From: Octopus bimaculoides
Taxonomy: Eukaryota
Length of the DNA: 63,763 bases
Reading direction: 5' to 3'
Assembly (NCBI RefSeq): GCF_001194135.2
Contig: NC_068990.1
Coordinates: 72,294,839 to 72,358,601, forward strand
Part shown: positions 51,460 through 63,763 of the stretch, in pieces
Position numbering within the stretch: position 1 is the stretch's first letter
Layout of the letters: every line of letters begins with the position of its first letter
Translations under genes and position numbers: made by a program
The notes under the pieces: model-generated
What the model was told of the DNA's origin: nothing
The model's database searches: none
Seen by the model: the letters and a program-made list of their open reading frames with translations, nothing else

Positions 51460-51710
51460 TTTTTACTTGGTTCACTTGACTGTAACCATGCTGGGGCACA
51501 CCTCGACCAGTTTTGTTTAGTTGACAAATCGACCTTGGGACTTATTTTTTATAGCCTAGCACTTATTTTATCATTCTCTTTTGCCAAACTGCTAAATTAT
51601 GGGGATATAAACACACCAACACCGGTTGTCATGTGTTGGGGTGGGGGACAAACACAGACACAAAGACACACACACATCGATATATATATACAATAAGATT
51701 CTTTCAGTTT
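51460..51710 (-). mobile_element. SINE family B tail and partial head
   Basis: gactgtaaccatgctggggcac..ctgctaaattatggggatataaacacaccaacaccggttgtc is the reverse of the family B tail. Confidence 0.8.
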
Positions 51711-52384
51711 CAAAAACACTTCTTTACGATTGTTTAACGTGCCAAGCTTCTTAAAGTCCTTAAGAATTTTTCTTCTCTCTGTGATGCAGATCTTGCATGT
51801 GTGTGTGCTATGCGAATAATTAGGTATGGTGTAGGAAGATGGGGTAAGTAGTTGTGTAGGAAAGGGGCATAGAGGTAGATAGGAAGAAAGTATGTGTTTG
51901 TTGGGAGTTGGGTGATAAAAAGTTTTGGTGAGATTTACTCTGGTTTGATGTTGGAACTTTGTTATTGTTTACAGTTTAGTCAGGCATGGAAATAAACATG
52001 TAAACAGAGATCTCAAATTCAAATCTCAACATTCCTTGTATGCAAAACTGGTTTTCGTCGTGCTTTAAGATTCACAAAAGAATGTTAGTAGATAAATCAG
52101 TCATTCACACATTATAGATCAGAATGCTGTTGAATTGGTGTAGTTGTTATATTTCTACTAAGCAATTTTAAACAAGGTGTTTGGGGAAGCTAGGATTGGG
52201 GAGACTATGTTGCTCAAATATTTCTTAGGGTTTCTCTAGTTTGTTTCTAGTGTTACTAATTGTATTAGTATTATATTTTTTTTAGATGAATACACACAAA
52301 TAATTATATGAGATCACCAATACATCCAGATGAATCAAACAAGATGATGCATTTATCCATAGCTATACCTATTTATAAAGAGAT

Positions 52385-52604
52385 ATTCTTTTATTCTTTC
52401 ATTCTTTTATTTGTTTCAGTCATTTGAATACTGCCATGCTGGAGCACCGCCTTTAGTTGAACATATCGACCCCAGGACTTATTCTTTGTAAGCTTAGTAG
52501 TTATTCTTTTGGTGTCTTTTGCTGGACTGCTAAGTTACGGAGACAAACACACCAACATCGGTTGTTAAGCAAGGGTAGGGGGCACAAACAGACACACACA
52601 CATC

Positions 52605-52646
<42 letters not shown>

Positions 52647-52932
52647 NNNNNNNNNNNNNNNNNNNNNNNNNNNNNNNNNNNNNNNNNNNNNNNNNNNNNN
52701 NNNNNNNNNNNNNNNNNNNNNNNNNNNNNNNNNNNNNNNNNNNNNNNNNNNNNNNNNNNNNNATATATATGACAGGCTTCTTTCAGTTTCCGTCTACCAA
52801 ATCCACTCACAAGGCTTTGGTCAGCCTGAGGCTATAGTAGAAGACACTTACCCAAGGTGCCACACAGTGCGACTGAACCCAGAACCATGTGGTTGGTAAG
52901 TAAGCTATTTACCACACAGCCACTCTTGCGCC
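52385..52932 (-). mobile_element. Full-length SINE family B
   Basis: Minus strand starts ggcgcaagagtggctgtgtggtaaatagc at 52932 and ends aatgactgaaacaaataaaagaatgaaagaataaaaga; the internal (TA)n contains a gap. Confidence 0.9.
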
Positions 52933-52935
52933 TTT

Positions 52936-53042
52936 AAAAATATGCAACACTTCAAGAAATTTCAGTGTCATCCTTGTGCAGGGGCCACGCTAATCTTCTC
53001 TGTATTGTACCAATTTTAGTATATGTATTGCTGAAGTAATAT
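52936..53042 (-). pseudogene. U6: U6 snRNA pseudogene, near full length
   Basis: Minus strand reads ...ACTTCAGCAATACATATACTAAAATTGGTACAATACAGAGAAGATTAGCGTGGCCCCTGCACAAGGATGACACTGAAATTTCTTGAAGTGTTGCATATTTTT, colinear with U6. The ACAGAGA box and terminal U-tract are kept, but there are many substitutions, several of the CpG-decay type. Confidence 0.93.
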
Positions 53043-53759
53043 ATATGTATAAGCAGTATAAATATAGCAATATAAATGCACTTATGGATCAGTGTAATCT
53101 CATGCATACATATGTATACCTATATGTAACGAAAAATATATACTCACATGGCTGTATATATATATGTGTGTGTGTGTGTGTGCGTGTATGTGTGTGTATG
53201 TGTGCATACGTGTGTGTGTGCGTGTGTGTGTATCCATAGTTATGCATACTCATACAAATATACAAATATATATGTAAAAGAAATAGCGCTTAAACCAAGA
53301 GTTTGTTCTAAGATCTTGTGTAAAATGATCTAAAAAAATAAGAGAAAATATATACTGCTATATATATGTATATATGTCCAGATAGACCAATATGCTCATT
53401 GTTACTAGACATATATGTACCTCCCTAAAATATATATATATAGACATATTCAAATATATGTTTGCGTGTGTTCATGTTTTTGTTGTTTATACTCTCAGTT
53501 TGTGAACTGGTATTCATTTGTTTATATCTCTGTAATGTAGCAGTTTGTCTAAAATGACTGACAGTATAAGCACCAGACTGTAAAGAAATAAATACTGGGG
53601 TGGAAATTTTCACGGCAGTACCCTAGCATGGCCACAGTTCAATGGCTAAAAGAATTAAAAGAATGAAAGAATAAAAGAATTACAGTTTGTAGTTGATGAA
53701 TTAGCACAAAATAATAATTAGATCAGAGTAAACAATGAATACAAATGCATTAATAGGGC

Positions 53760-53920
53760 CAGGCCAGGTTGAGTGGTGAGAAATTTTCTTCCCAACTACA
53801 TGATTCTGGGTTCAGTTCCACTGCATGACACCTTAGGAAAGTGTCTTCTATTACAGCCCCATTCTGACCAAAGCCTTGTGAGTTGATTTGGTAGATGAAA
53901 ACTGAAAGAATCCCATTGTG
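53760..53920 (+). mobile_element. SINE family B head
   Basis: ttcccaactacatgattctgggttcagttccactgcatgacacctt..gaccaaagccttgtgagt. Confidence 0.8.
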
Positions 53921-54086
53921 TGTGTGTGTGAGCATGTGTGATATTCTATCTGCTTGAATTCATTCTAGAAAGACCAAATCTGAAACTTTGTGATTACAAA
54001 ACAAATGTCTTAATTTTTCAGCCATTCTGTATCCACAGGCAGTGGTCAGTTTTGAACCAGCAGGGCCTTACCCATTTAACTAATTT

Positions 54087-54260
54087 GTGGCTGTGTGGTA
54101 AGAAGTTTGCTTCCCATCGCCTGGTTCTAGGTTCAGTTCCACTGCATGGCACCTTGAGCTAGTATCTTCAGCTATAGCTTTGGACCAACCAAAGTCTTGT
54201 GAGTGGATTTGGTAGACAGAAACTGAAAGAAGCCTGTCATATGTATATATGTGCATGTGA

Positions 54261-54305
<45 letters not shown>

Positions 54306-54603
54306 TGAGTGTGCATGTGTGTATGTGTGTGTGCATGTGTGTATGTGTGCATGTGTGTATGTATGCATGTGTGTATGTGTGCATGTGTGTTTGTCCCCCA
54401 TCACCACTTGACAACAAATATTGGTGTGATTACATCCCTGTAACTTAGCAGTTCAGCAATAGAGAACAATATAAAAAGTACCAGGCTTAAAAAAAACAGA
54501 AAAAATTAAGTACTAGAGTGGATAAATTTGACTAAAAATTTTTCAAGGCAGTACCCCAGCATGGCTGCAGTCTAATGACTGAAACAAGTAAAAGATAAAA
54601 GAT
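54087..54603 (+). mobile_element. Full-length SINE family B with internal (TG)n
   Basis: gtggctgtgtggtaagaag head, caccttgagctagtatcttc CORE-like segment, (TG)n array, and tail ending gactgaaacaagtaaaagataaaagat. Confidence 0.9.
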
Positions 54604-55164
54604 CAGCTAGAGATTCATAGAAAGCAGGGTTTATTATGCACAAAAATGTGATGTGTGTTGCCTTGTGAACACTCTAGTGAAATCGCTTTAATGATGCATA
54701 GAACTACTGTGTGGGTTATGGTTAAGTTTGGTGGAGTGAAAAAGAGGTCAAATGTCTTTTTTTTTTCTAAGAGACTGTGTTTCAAAGAAGGGAAAAGAGA
54801 TAAATGAAGATACTAATTTCTGAAAACAGTTTGAGAATAGCAAATGGCTTGGTATCTGTGTTAATGGTGTCAGTGTGAAGGCCAAGAGGATTTGTGTATG
54901 TTGAAGCAGACAGATTGAGAACTTCAGAAAGTGATGTTTTGTGATAGATGTCCTCAATACAGGGTGATTGATAATCAAACAACTGTTGGTGTTTGGGGAG
55001 TTCAGAAAGTGAATAAAGGTGGCAGATGACTTAGAGAAATAGGTGGAAGTCTTTTTACTGTGAGATTCAGTTGAGAGAGGTGATTGACAGAGAGAATGGA
55101 TTCTACATGAGTAGATACCACCTTTTAGAAAGATATTCTATATGTAGAGTGCATCCTAGGCTAA

Positions 55165-55202
<38 letters not shown>

Positions 55203-56537
55203 NNNNNNNNNNGAGAGAGAGAGAGAGAGAGAGTTGGAAGTGAGGAGGAAGAGAAGATAAGTGATTTGTATTGCAGAGGTAAAATAAGATTTTGTGGGTT
55301 TTTCTTTTTGGTTATTGTCAGGAGAGCAGTAAGAGCTAGACTGGAGCAAAGTCCACACATATTTATGTAGATGAGGGAGAATTGTCTGGAGAATACTAAA
55401 AATTCCTATTAAGCAGTGTACAATAATGCTATGTACTAAAACTGTGAGCTGATGATGAGGAAGTCAATAGGGTATTGGCTAAACTACCAAAAAGGTTGTG
55501 GCTGAGAGAATATAATGAATAAACTGTTTTATAATATAGTCCAACGATTTGATTCAGCCAGATATTTTGTTATAAATGAAAACACTAATTCTAGCAGAAC
55601 TCATTGATTCTTAGATGCTTTTTAATTGATTTATTTTCTTCATCTGCCAGACAGATTTCAACATGGTCATTTGTTTGTATTCTGTCACTACTGCTACAAT
55701 TAGTTTGTAGTCAAAACATTTAATATTCAGTGACCCAGTCCACCTAGCCAGCTATAAATGGTTTGCATATAGTGATATGATTTTGTTTGTTTTTGTTCTT
55801 TTTTTATGTGAATAATCTATTTGAGTTATTTATTCTTTAAAAATTCTATAATTTTCTATGCCAACCAATGTGCTGCCCTCTACATTTATTTAGTGATTCT
55901 CTCATTACTATTTCAGCAAGTTTGATGAAGTCTATCAATGGCAGATGAGATCATAATAAGAATCAAATATGCTTGGAGTTATCTCACATACTTACCTAAA
56001 TAATCAAAATATTAAATATTCATTATTAAAATAATTAAACTGAATTAATTATTTAGTAATAATTTTTTCTCTCTCTCTCTCTTTATTGCATAATTATTTA
56101 TTGTTAGCTTTTTAATGTTCTTTGTATTAAGCATGTTAACACTAATTTAATCAAACAGTGGGAGCATTATTAGATTTATGAGTATTCTTTTGGATAACAA
56201 TGATGAATTCTTATCTTAACTGCAGAAGAGTAAGTTCAAACATGTTGACTTATTCTGGATACATTACATAAAGATGATGTCTTAAGAAGGTAGATCAACT
56301 GCAAAAATATTATTAGCATGTCAGACAAAATACCTTGTAGCAATTGTTCTAGTCATTTACATTCTGAGTTTGCTGAGATCAACGTTTGCTTGTTGAGATA
56401 AACTTTGTTATTCACACTTCCAATCCTTTTAAGACATTAAATAAAGTACCAGTAATGTGTTGGGGTTCATCTAATTAGCCAATAGAGGTTGGTGATTTCC
56501 CTAATCTCAGACAAATCTTGTTAGTACTGTTTGTGGT

Positions 56538-56736
56538 TTAACCCTTTAGCATTTAGACCGACCATATCAGGCCTAAATATTCTACCTGTTTTATGCTCAA
56601 ACTTGTCAGATTTGGCCTCTCACATCTGCTCTACAATGGCATTCAAAAAACAAACAATCACATCATAGAAATCTCAAAGCTACATGAATAAATAAGCATT
56701 ACATTTTGCAGAATAATCTGAATACTAAAGGGTTAA
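56538..56736. mobile_element. piggyBac-like MITE with TTAA target-site duplication
   Basis: TTAA-ccctttagcattt (56538...) and aatactaaaggg-TTAA (...56736): TIRs CCCTTTAG(C/T)ATT with TTAA on both sides. Confidence 0.85.
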
Positions 56737-59699
56737 GGATCTACTGTGGACGTGTATAATACCTACTAGCCAAAATATTACTGTGAGAAACAGTATATTT
56801 TTAGTTTTGAAAGACATGTCGTTCAATGCAAGTCAATGGTAGAAATAAAAGAAGCATTAAGTAGTGTTGCTTCAACTGAAATGTAGTTGCATAAGTTTAA
56901 TATGTTGTAGAGGAGAAAAATACAGATGAATCTTTTCTTACAAATAAATGCATATATTTTTATGTCACTACCAATCCTCAGAAAATTTTGGAAAAATTTT
57001 ATAGAAAGGAAGAGTTAACAATGTCTTTTTAGCCAACAAAAGTTCTTGGTTAATTTTTGTGTATTTGTATTAATCATTGGTATGCTTTGAGAATGTTTTA
57101 GTTGCACTATTGGCAATATGTATATACATCAGAATGTGTGTGCACTTGGTACAAGTCTTTTGTAGCCATGTGTATGCATGCAAAATGAATTTAGGGTTCT
57201 GTTAAAAGCAGTGTCTGTCAAAAGTGCATGGGGTGGAGTGGTGAGTGTTTTTGCAAACAACTTAGGAGTCCTCTGATATCAAAATTGGTGCAACAGTGAA
57301 GACACCATTTCCTAAGGGCATCCAGTGCTTGCCCAGAGTCAAGAAGTTTATTTGGCCTTTGACCAGGTATCCTTTTAATTAATGCTTCGACAATGTGGAC
57401 ATGGATGATCTGTTGTCAAGGATGGGCTGATAAACATTCTTGATTGGACAAAATACACATCAGACACACAAAAAAGAAAATTCTTGTTTCCCTGCAAAAA
57501 GCATATGAATAAAATGAACTCATTTGTAACTGAGGTCCATGAGTCACGGGTGAAAGATTGTTGTGGACTGAGAGTTGAGGTCTCACATTCTTGCCTGGAT
57601 TTCCTGTTAGAAATTCAATGGATTACAGGAGTTATTGCCATATTAACTGCTTCGCTAATGGTCATTAGTGTTAGCAGTTGCCTATTAAATCATTGAGCTG
57701 CAATACAGGAATCTCCTTAAATTTCTATATTCAGATCACATTGTGTTTTCTTCTTTTTTTTTAATATATATATAGAAGTTAAGTCATTTGTTATTTCAGG
57801 GACACGAAGCTATACAAGTGAAATAGCCATTTTATCATGTAACAAATAAATATTTTAACGTTAGCCACACACACACATATATATATGTTACTGTATTACA
57901 TTATATATATATATATATGTCATGTAATACAATAACACGCACACGTACAGACATATCCTTCTAGCTCTCTTGTTTTATTTTTATCTGTAATTAATTTATT
58001 TATATATTTTTAGGCTTCCTAAAAATACATAAAATACAATCAAACAACAACAACAAAAAATCAAAAGATCAAATAAAATAAAATCATTGATGTACAATTT
58101 CAGGACAGGAAAATATCGAAGTCTGATATGAAATAATTTGCATTTCCAACAAAAAAAAAAAGGCAACAGTAACAGCATAACAAAAAAACAAGAAGAAAGT
58201 TGTTTTTTTAAAAAAAATAAACTATGACATCAATAACAACATAAACAACAACAGCAAACTTTCTCGTTTTTCCTATTTTTTTTTTCTTTTTGCTATTCTA
58301 CTGACCTATTCTATTATCTCTATTATATGGTGTTCTGATTTTATAATCAGGAATATATTTTTTTCTGATATCACACATAATTCTTTATTAAGATTCAAAT
58401 TCCAGGCAAAAACAAAACACACACACACATGCACACACACAAATACACAAACATATATATATATATGTATGTATGTTATATACATACACTCACTCATACA
58501 CACATATATATATTAAGCAAAAAAAAATGAAAATATATTTATTTTTAATTTTTATTCTTCCAATATGAAAACATATTCAAAAAAATTAATTTCAAAGTGA
58601 GACACTCTTTCATATTTAAATATTTCTTGATTGGTAATTGTGCTTGAGGAACTGTTTCACCAATCATTTATTAAATGAATTTAGTTTCTTTGTATGACAA
58701 GGATTTTTATTCTATTATCAAACATCTAGAATACCTCAATGGTAACGCCTGTCCTAATCAGATAATGATAAATTTTAATTTTAACAATACGCCTAATTTT
58801 TACCTTGCGTGTTGTTGTTCTTATTTTTATTTTTATGTGTCTTTTTATTAATTTTTTTCAATTTTTTTTTCAATTGTTATCATTGTATATATTTTTAACT
58901 TCTGTCTCTCTTGGTCTCTCTTCTTTTTTTCTTGATGTCTCTGTCTGTCTGTGTATATGCCTGTCTCTTTCTCTCCTTCTCTACCTCCCTCCCTCCCTCT
59001 CTATCTCTCCCTCTATCTATCTACGTATCTGTCTGCCTGCCTGTCTCTCTATTTCTCTCTCTCTCACTCATACCAAACCAAATTTTTAATTACTTTATTG
59101 CTGAATAAACTATTGAAAATTGATAACAAAATAAGCAAAAAACAAAAAAATACAATAAAAATCATAAAAGACAAAATTAAAAATTCAAAAAAAAAAGAGA
59201 AAGAAAGAAAGAAAGACAAAGAGAAAGAATATCCCACTAAAATAAGACAAAAATAATGAAAATAATACAACAAAACATTTATGTCCATTTGTTTACACCC
59301 AATATTAGAATTGGCTGAAGAAGTTCTAAAGAGTTGATAAAAGAAATTTTTTTTCATTTATTTATTTTTTCATTTTGTTTTTAAATAAAAAAAAAATATT
59401 CAGAAATAAAGCCACTACCCTCCAAAAAAAAAAAAAATAACATTAAAATACTGATGGCATTAAAAAAAAATGCCATTTTTTAATTTTATTTATTTATTTT
59501 TAACTTAAGTTTTTATTTGCTTTTTTTTCTGTTTTCACTTTTTTAATGTTTTTTTTTTTTAAAGAAAATTAGTTGAGTTTAAAACAATGCTTGAGGCGTG
59601 TATAATGGACAGAAACGACAACTGATGAAACTAGAAACAACATCAAAAGAACAGAGTTGAAAAAAAAAAGAGAAAAGAAAACCTCTTTAGAAATGACGA

Positions 59700-60096
59700 A
59701 ATGTCTGCAAAGATAGAATGAATTATATACATACATATATGCATCCATCTGTATATATATGTGGGTATCTATGTGTGTGTGTGTGAGAGAGAGAAAGTGC
59801 ATGTGTGTGTGTGAGTGTGTATATTTGAACACTTATATGTGTGTATCCATCCATACATATATATCCACACACATACAGCTATATATATATACACACACAC
59901 ACACATATATACATATGCTTATATGTATGTATATGTATAGACATAATATACATATATACATACATAAATATGTATATGTGTCAATGATATATGTTTATGC
60001 GTATAGGTGTGTGTGTATGTATTTATGTATATATACAGATATACATAGGTATTCATACACACATACATATCTATGACAAAAATACATGTATAAATA

Positions 60097-60174
<78 letters not shown>

Positions 60175-60747
60175 TGTGTTTCTATCTATATGTGCATATG
60201 TGTGTGTGTACATATATATTTATATATGTATATATATTGCACATAGGGACATACAAATCTCAGACACAGTTTTGCAATGAACAATAGAAGAAAAAATGGA
60301 CTACTGGGTGTGTGTGAATACCTGTTTTGTGTCTGTTTATGTGCAGTTGTGTGTGTGTGTAAATACCTGTGTGGTGTATGTATATGTGCAACATGCATTT
60401 CTGTGTGTGTGTGTGTGTGCGTGTGTGTGAATGCTTGTCTGGAGTGTATGTGAGAAAGAAAAAGAAAGGTATTGTGAGAATGAGAGTGAGAGTGAGAGAG
60501 TAAGTTATAAGTAGATGATGAAAAAAAAAATCAACAACCTTGTTAACGGTTGTTGTTGATGTGGACGGCAGTGGCTAGTTGCTCTTTAGAATACAATATT
60601 TCTACTGAATGCAGAAAGTTCTCAAGATAAAACAAATGTGACTTAGTACAAGTAGCCAACTCCAAAATAGAACAATTCTAGACATGGAAGCAAACAGTAC
60701 TTCACAAATGATAAATAAAGTAAATAAATTAATAATAATAATAATAA

Positions 60748-60794
<47 letters not shown>

Positions 60795-61036
60795 GTTGTT
60801 GTTATTGTTGTTGTTGTTATCATTATCATTATCATTATCATCATTGTTGTTGTTATTGTAGTAATAATAATATTAAAAATAAGTATAAAAATAGTACATG
60901 CAGTATTAAGAACAACCACAGTTGTAGTAGCAGCAGCAGCAGTAGTAGTAGTAGCAGCAGTAGAAAAGAGACCTCTATTTTCAAAAACACAAAAAAGAGA
61001 GACAGATCACCAAGAGAGGGGGAGGTAGAGGGAGAA

Positions 61037-61123
<87 letters not shown>

Positions 61124-61357
61124 TGAGAATGTGAAAGAGAATGCGTAAAAATGAAGCAGAAAGCCAATAAGTAGAGAAATAAAGAACCAGAAAGAAAAGA
61201 ATTTCCAGAAGAATTTAACATAACCAATAAAACTGCAAATACAACAACAACAATGATGGTGACAACAACAACACCAACAGTGTTGATGATGATGAAGGTG
61301 ATGATGATGATGATGATGAAGATAATAATAATAATAACAATAGTAATAATAGTAATA

Positions 61358-61399
<42 letters not shown>

Positions 61400-61521
61400 G
61401 TAATAGTAATAAATAATAATAATGATAATAGTAATAATAATGATAATAGACAAAATAAAATGGGCACCCCTGCAGCAATGCTGATCAGTTAGTCTTTGTT
61501 GTGCCTGCACACACACACAGA

Positions 61522-61571
<50 letters not shown>

Positions 61572-61620
61572 AGATGCACACATAGACACGCACACACACA
61601 CACACACACACAGATAGATG
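59700..61620. repeat. Compound microsatellite field: (TA)n, (CA)n, (TAT)n, (GA)n, (AAT)n
   Basis: Direct reading; short unique islands are interspersed. Confidence 0.9.
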
Positions 61621-63004
61621 GATATGTATTTGCATCTAAAAATATATAGCAAGTCTTAAATTAGTGACCTATCTTTCAGAATGATACAATTGTATAAAAG
61701 TATAAAAGAGATATTCCACCAGTTATCCCATGAGAAAATGGTATTAGAAAGTGCTCTATCATGTGGAGATATTATCAAATCCCCATATGTTACTGATGAT
61801 TGCAAAGAAAGAAAGAAAGAAAGAAAGAAAGTTATAAAGTAAGAAATAAGTGAGTAAAATACTATACAACAAGCAAAAGTATTATTTTATTCTTCTCAAG
61901 ATTTGATGGAGAACACACAAGATATTCATTGTTCTCAAATAGAGAAAAACTGTCTTTTTATGAACTGCACTTGACCAGATGAAGATAATATTTCTCCGTA
62001 TGGTGCATCAAGCCAATGAAAGATGTAATTTCTTGTAGCTTGATCTGCTAGAAATAGCAACCAGACCCTTTCTCAAAATGTCTTAAAATGTAAGGAAGGA
62101 CATATTGGATAGTTGTGGATCTAAACACAGTATGTCTGAAAAAATAATTGTTTCTAACATAGGCTCAAGGTCTGAAATTTAAGAGTGGTGTATGGTTGAT
62201 AACATCAATCTCAAAACTTGAATGTTATTTTATTTTATGGAGGAAAGAAAGCAAAGTTGATCTCAGAACCTTGAACCTCATAGAGGAGATGATAAGGGAG
62301 TAGTATAACTGGTGATATTTGGTTCTCAGGAAGACCCTCTATCTCAGAAATACTAAGTTCTGGAAGTGTCGTGTGTATATAATTTCCCCCTCAAGAGAAC
62401 TCACCTCCCATCATCTCTCTAAGTGCAGTTTTTCCTTAATACCACTAATTTTCTCACAGCCCAGAACCATTTCACATGATATCCATCCTTCATCTTTATA
62501 TTGTCCTCTCCACCCACATTTTACATTGATCACCCACCCTGAGCTATCAATTTATATTTCTCTCACCATATGACTCTTGTACTAAGTCAGCCTCTCCCCT
62601 TCATACTCTGTCAATCTACCTAATCACATATCCTCTCTCTCTTTTTCTTTCTTCCTTTCTTTTCTTCTTTCTTTCTTTCTTTCTCTCTTTCTCCCCCCAC
62701 TTTTCTTCATCAGTTATATTCATTCCATCACCCATTCCCCATCTTTTACTTTCCCATGCACTCTTACAGCCTTTACCCACTCACACTCCAAACTTTTCAC
62801 ACCCCACTCACTTCTACTCTCCTTATACTTAAGGATCAACCCAGACACCTCATCATCCCTACTTTTGTTCCTTTTCAGCACCTCCACCAAATCACTCCTA
62901 CCCTCTCTTCTAAAAATGGGAGGAGCTATGTAGCACCACTACAGCAAAACCTGTTCTGCTCTGATGCTTTCATTCATATTTTAACCCCTCATCCAAAACA
63001 TAAA

Positions 63005-63210
63005 GCTTCCACACAAGGTTTGTAGCCTTGGCATGAAAATAGTATCCAGTACACGCTGTAAATTGGTTGGTATTAGGAAGGGCATCAAGATATAGAAATC
63101 ATGACAAAGCGGACACTGGAGCATGCTGTAGTACTTGGGCCCATTGAGTCCTGTTAAACTGTTCAACACATGACAGCAGAGACCATAGATGTCAAATGAT
63201 GATGATAACA
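63005..63210 (+). mobile_element. RTE-type 3' tail with (GAT)n end
   Basis: ttggttggtattaggaagggcatc...atgtcaaatgatgatgat. Confidence 0.65.
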
Positions 63211-63763
63211 TTAAGTCTACCAAATGCTTTCAGAGGATAAAGAAAAAGTGAATAATATATATACTTGTACAGTACAAATGTACAAGCCATTTAGGAAGCT
63301 GTCAATCACATTGGAAAATAGTAGTATATTCAGTATTTGTAACTGAAAGTTTGGCGTATCTATCCCATGTATAAAAAGAAGAAATACATATTATTCACAG
63401 TAGAGTTGATAAACCATCAGTTTCAAAGTACTGGAATATATTACATTTAAAACATATATGAATGGGGAAACTAGCAGTTACCTGAATGGTTTGAAATGTT
63501 TACTGTACCAAAATATATATATACATGCACACAAAGACATGTGTATGTGTGTGTGCATGCATGCACACATGTACTTGTGCACGTGTGTGTGTGTGTATGT
63601 GAATATATATATACAGGTAATAATCTTTTATCTGAAATGTTTGACACTAGAAGGGCTTCAGATTTTGGAATGATTGTATATTTGCATCTATAAAATTTGG
63701 GCAGTTTGTGTACGAGAAAAAGCATATATAATACATTGCATAATATATATATATATATATATA

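Noticed and set aside
52936-53042. Functional U6 snRNA gene
   Set aside because: Numerous substitutions, including in the 3' stem and at CpG sites, and no recognisable upstream PSE; treated as a pseudogene.
54700-57700. Possible very old RTE fragments (e.g. ESRVKDCCGLRVE at ~57540)
   Set aside because: Too degraded to delimit or support without alignment.
58090-59700. Possible terminal exon (tttcag|GACAGG...) with a long AT-rich 3' UTR
   Set aside because: Weak acceptor, all frames close within about 10 codons, and there is no independent evidence.
631-61609. Long ORFs rich in X, or poly-I/D/M/H/YI/CV/SL/ER peptides
   Set aside because: They are translations of N gaps and di/trinucleotide microsatellites, with no real protein signal.
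1-63763. CRISPR array, rRNA or prokaryotic systems
   Set aside because: No constant repeat with unique spacers and no rRNA or operon-like gene content; the DNA is eukaryotic repeat-rich sequence.

Overview
Repeat-dense, AT-rich eukaryotic DNA with many N-gaps. The SINE, LINE and microsatellite repertoire looks like an octopod cephalopod (Octopus sp.); this is inferred from recalled repeat families, not from a database search. No intact protein-coding gene is recognisable, and almost all long ORFs in the track are artefacts of microsatellites or N runs. What can be supported: at least three tRNA-headed SINE families in dozens of copies; decayed RTE, CR1-like and R4/Dong-like LINE pieces; a Gypsy pol relic; two Tc1/mariner relics; piggyBac-like and foldback MITEs; a Helitron-like element; Penelope-like element (PLE) remnants carrying minimal hammerhead ribozyme motifs; and a near full-length U6 snRNA pseudogene. 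The most interesting observations are: (i) U6 abutting the 5' end of a SINE in the same orientation; (ii) a PLE 3' terminus holding a tRNA-like Pol III cassette plus a hammerhead; (iii) a hammerhead with a variant CUGUUGA core; (iv) a C4HC3 PHD-type finger inside an RTE reverse transcriptase; (v) antisense R4/Dong-type insertions into (TTA)n tracts next to SINEs. A few short unique islands with splice signals may be exons of an unannotated gene (speculative). Repeat boundaries are read by eye and approximate (about +/-20 bp) unless given to the base.
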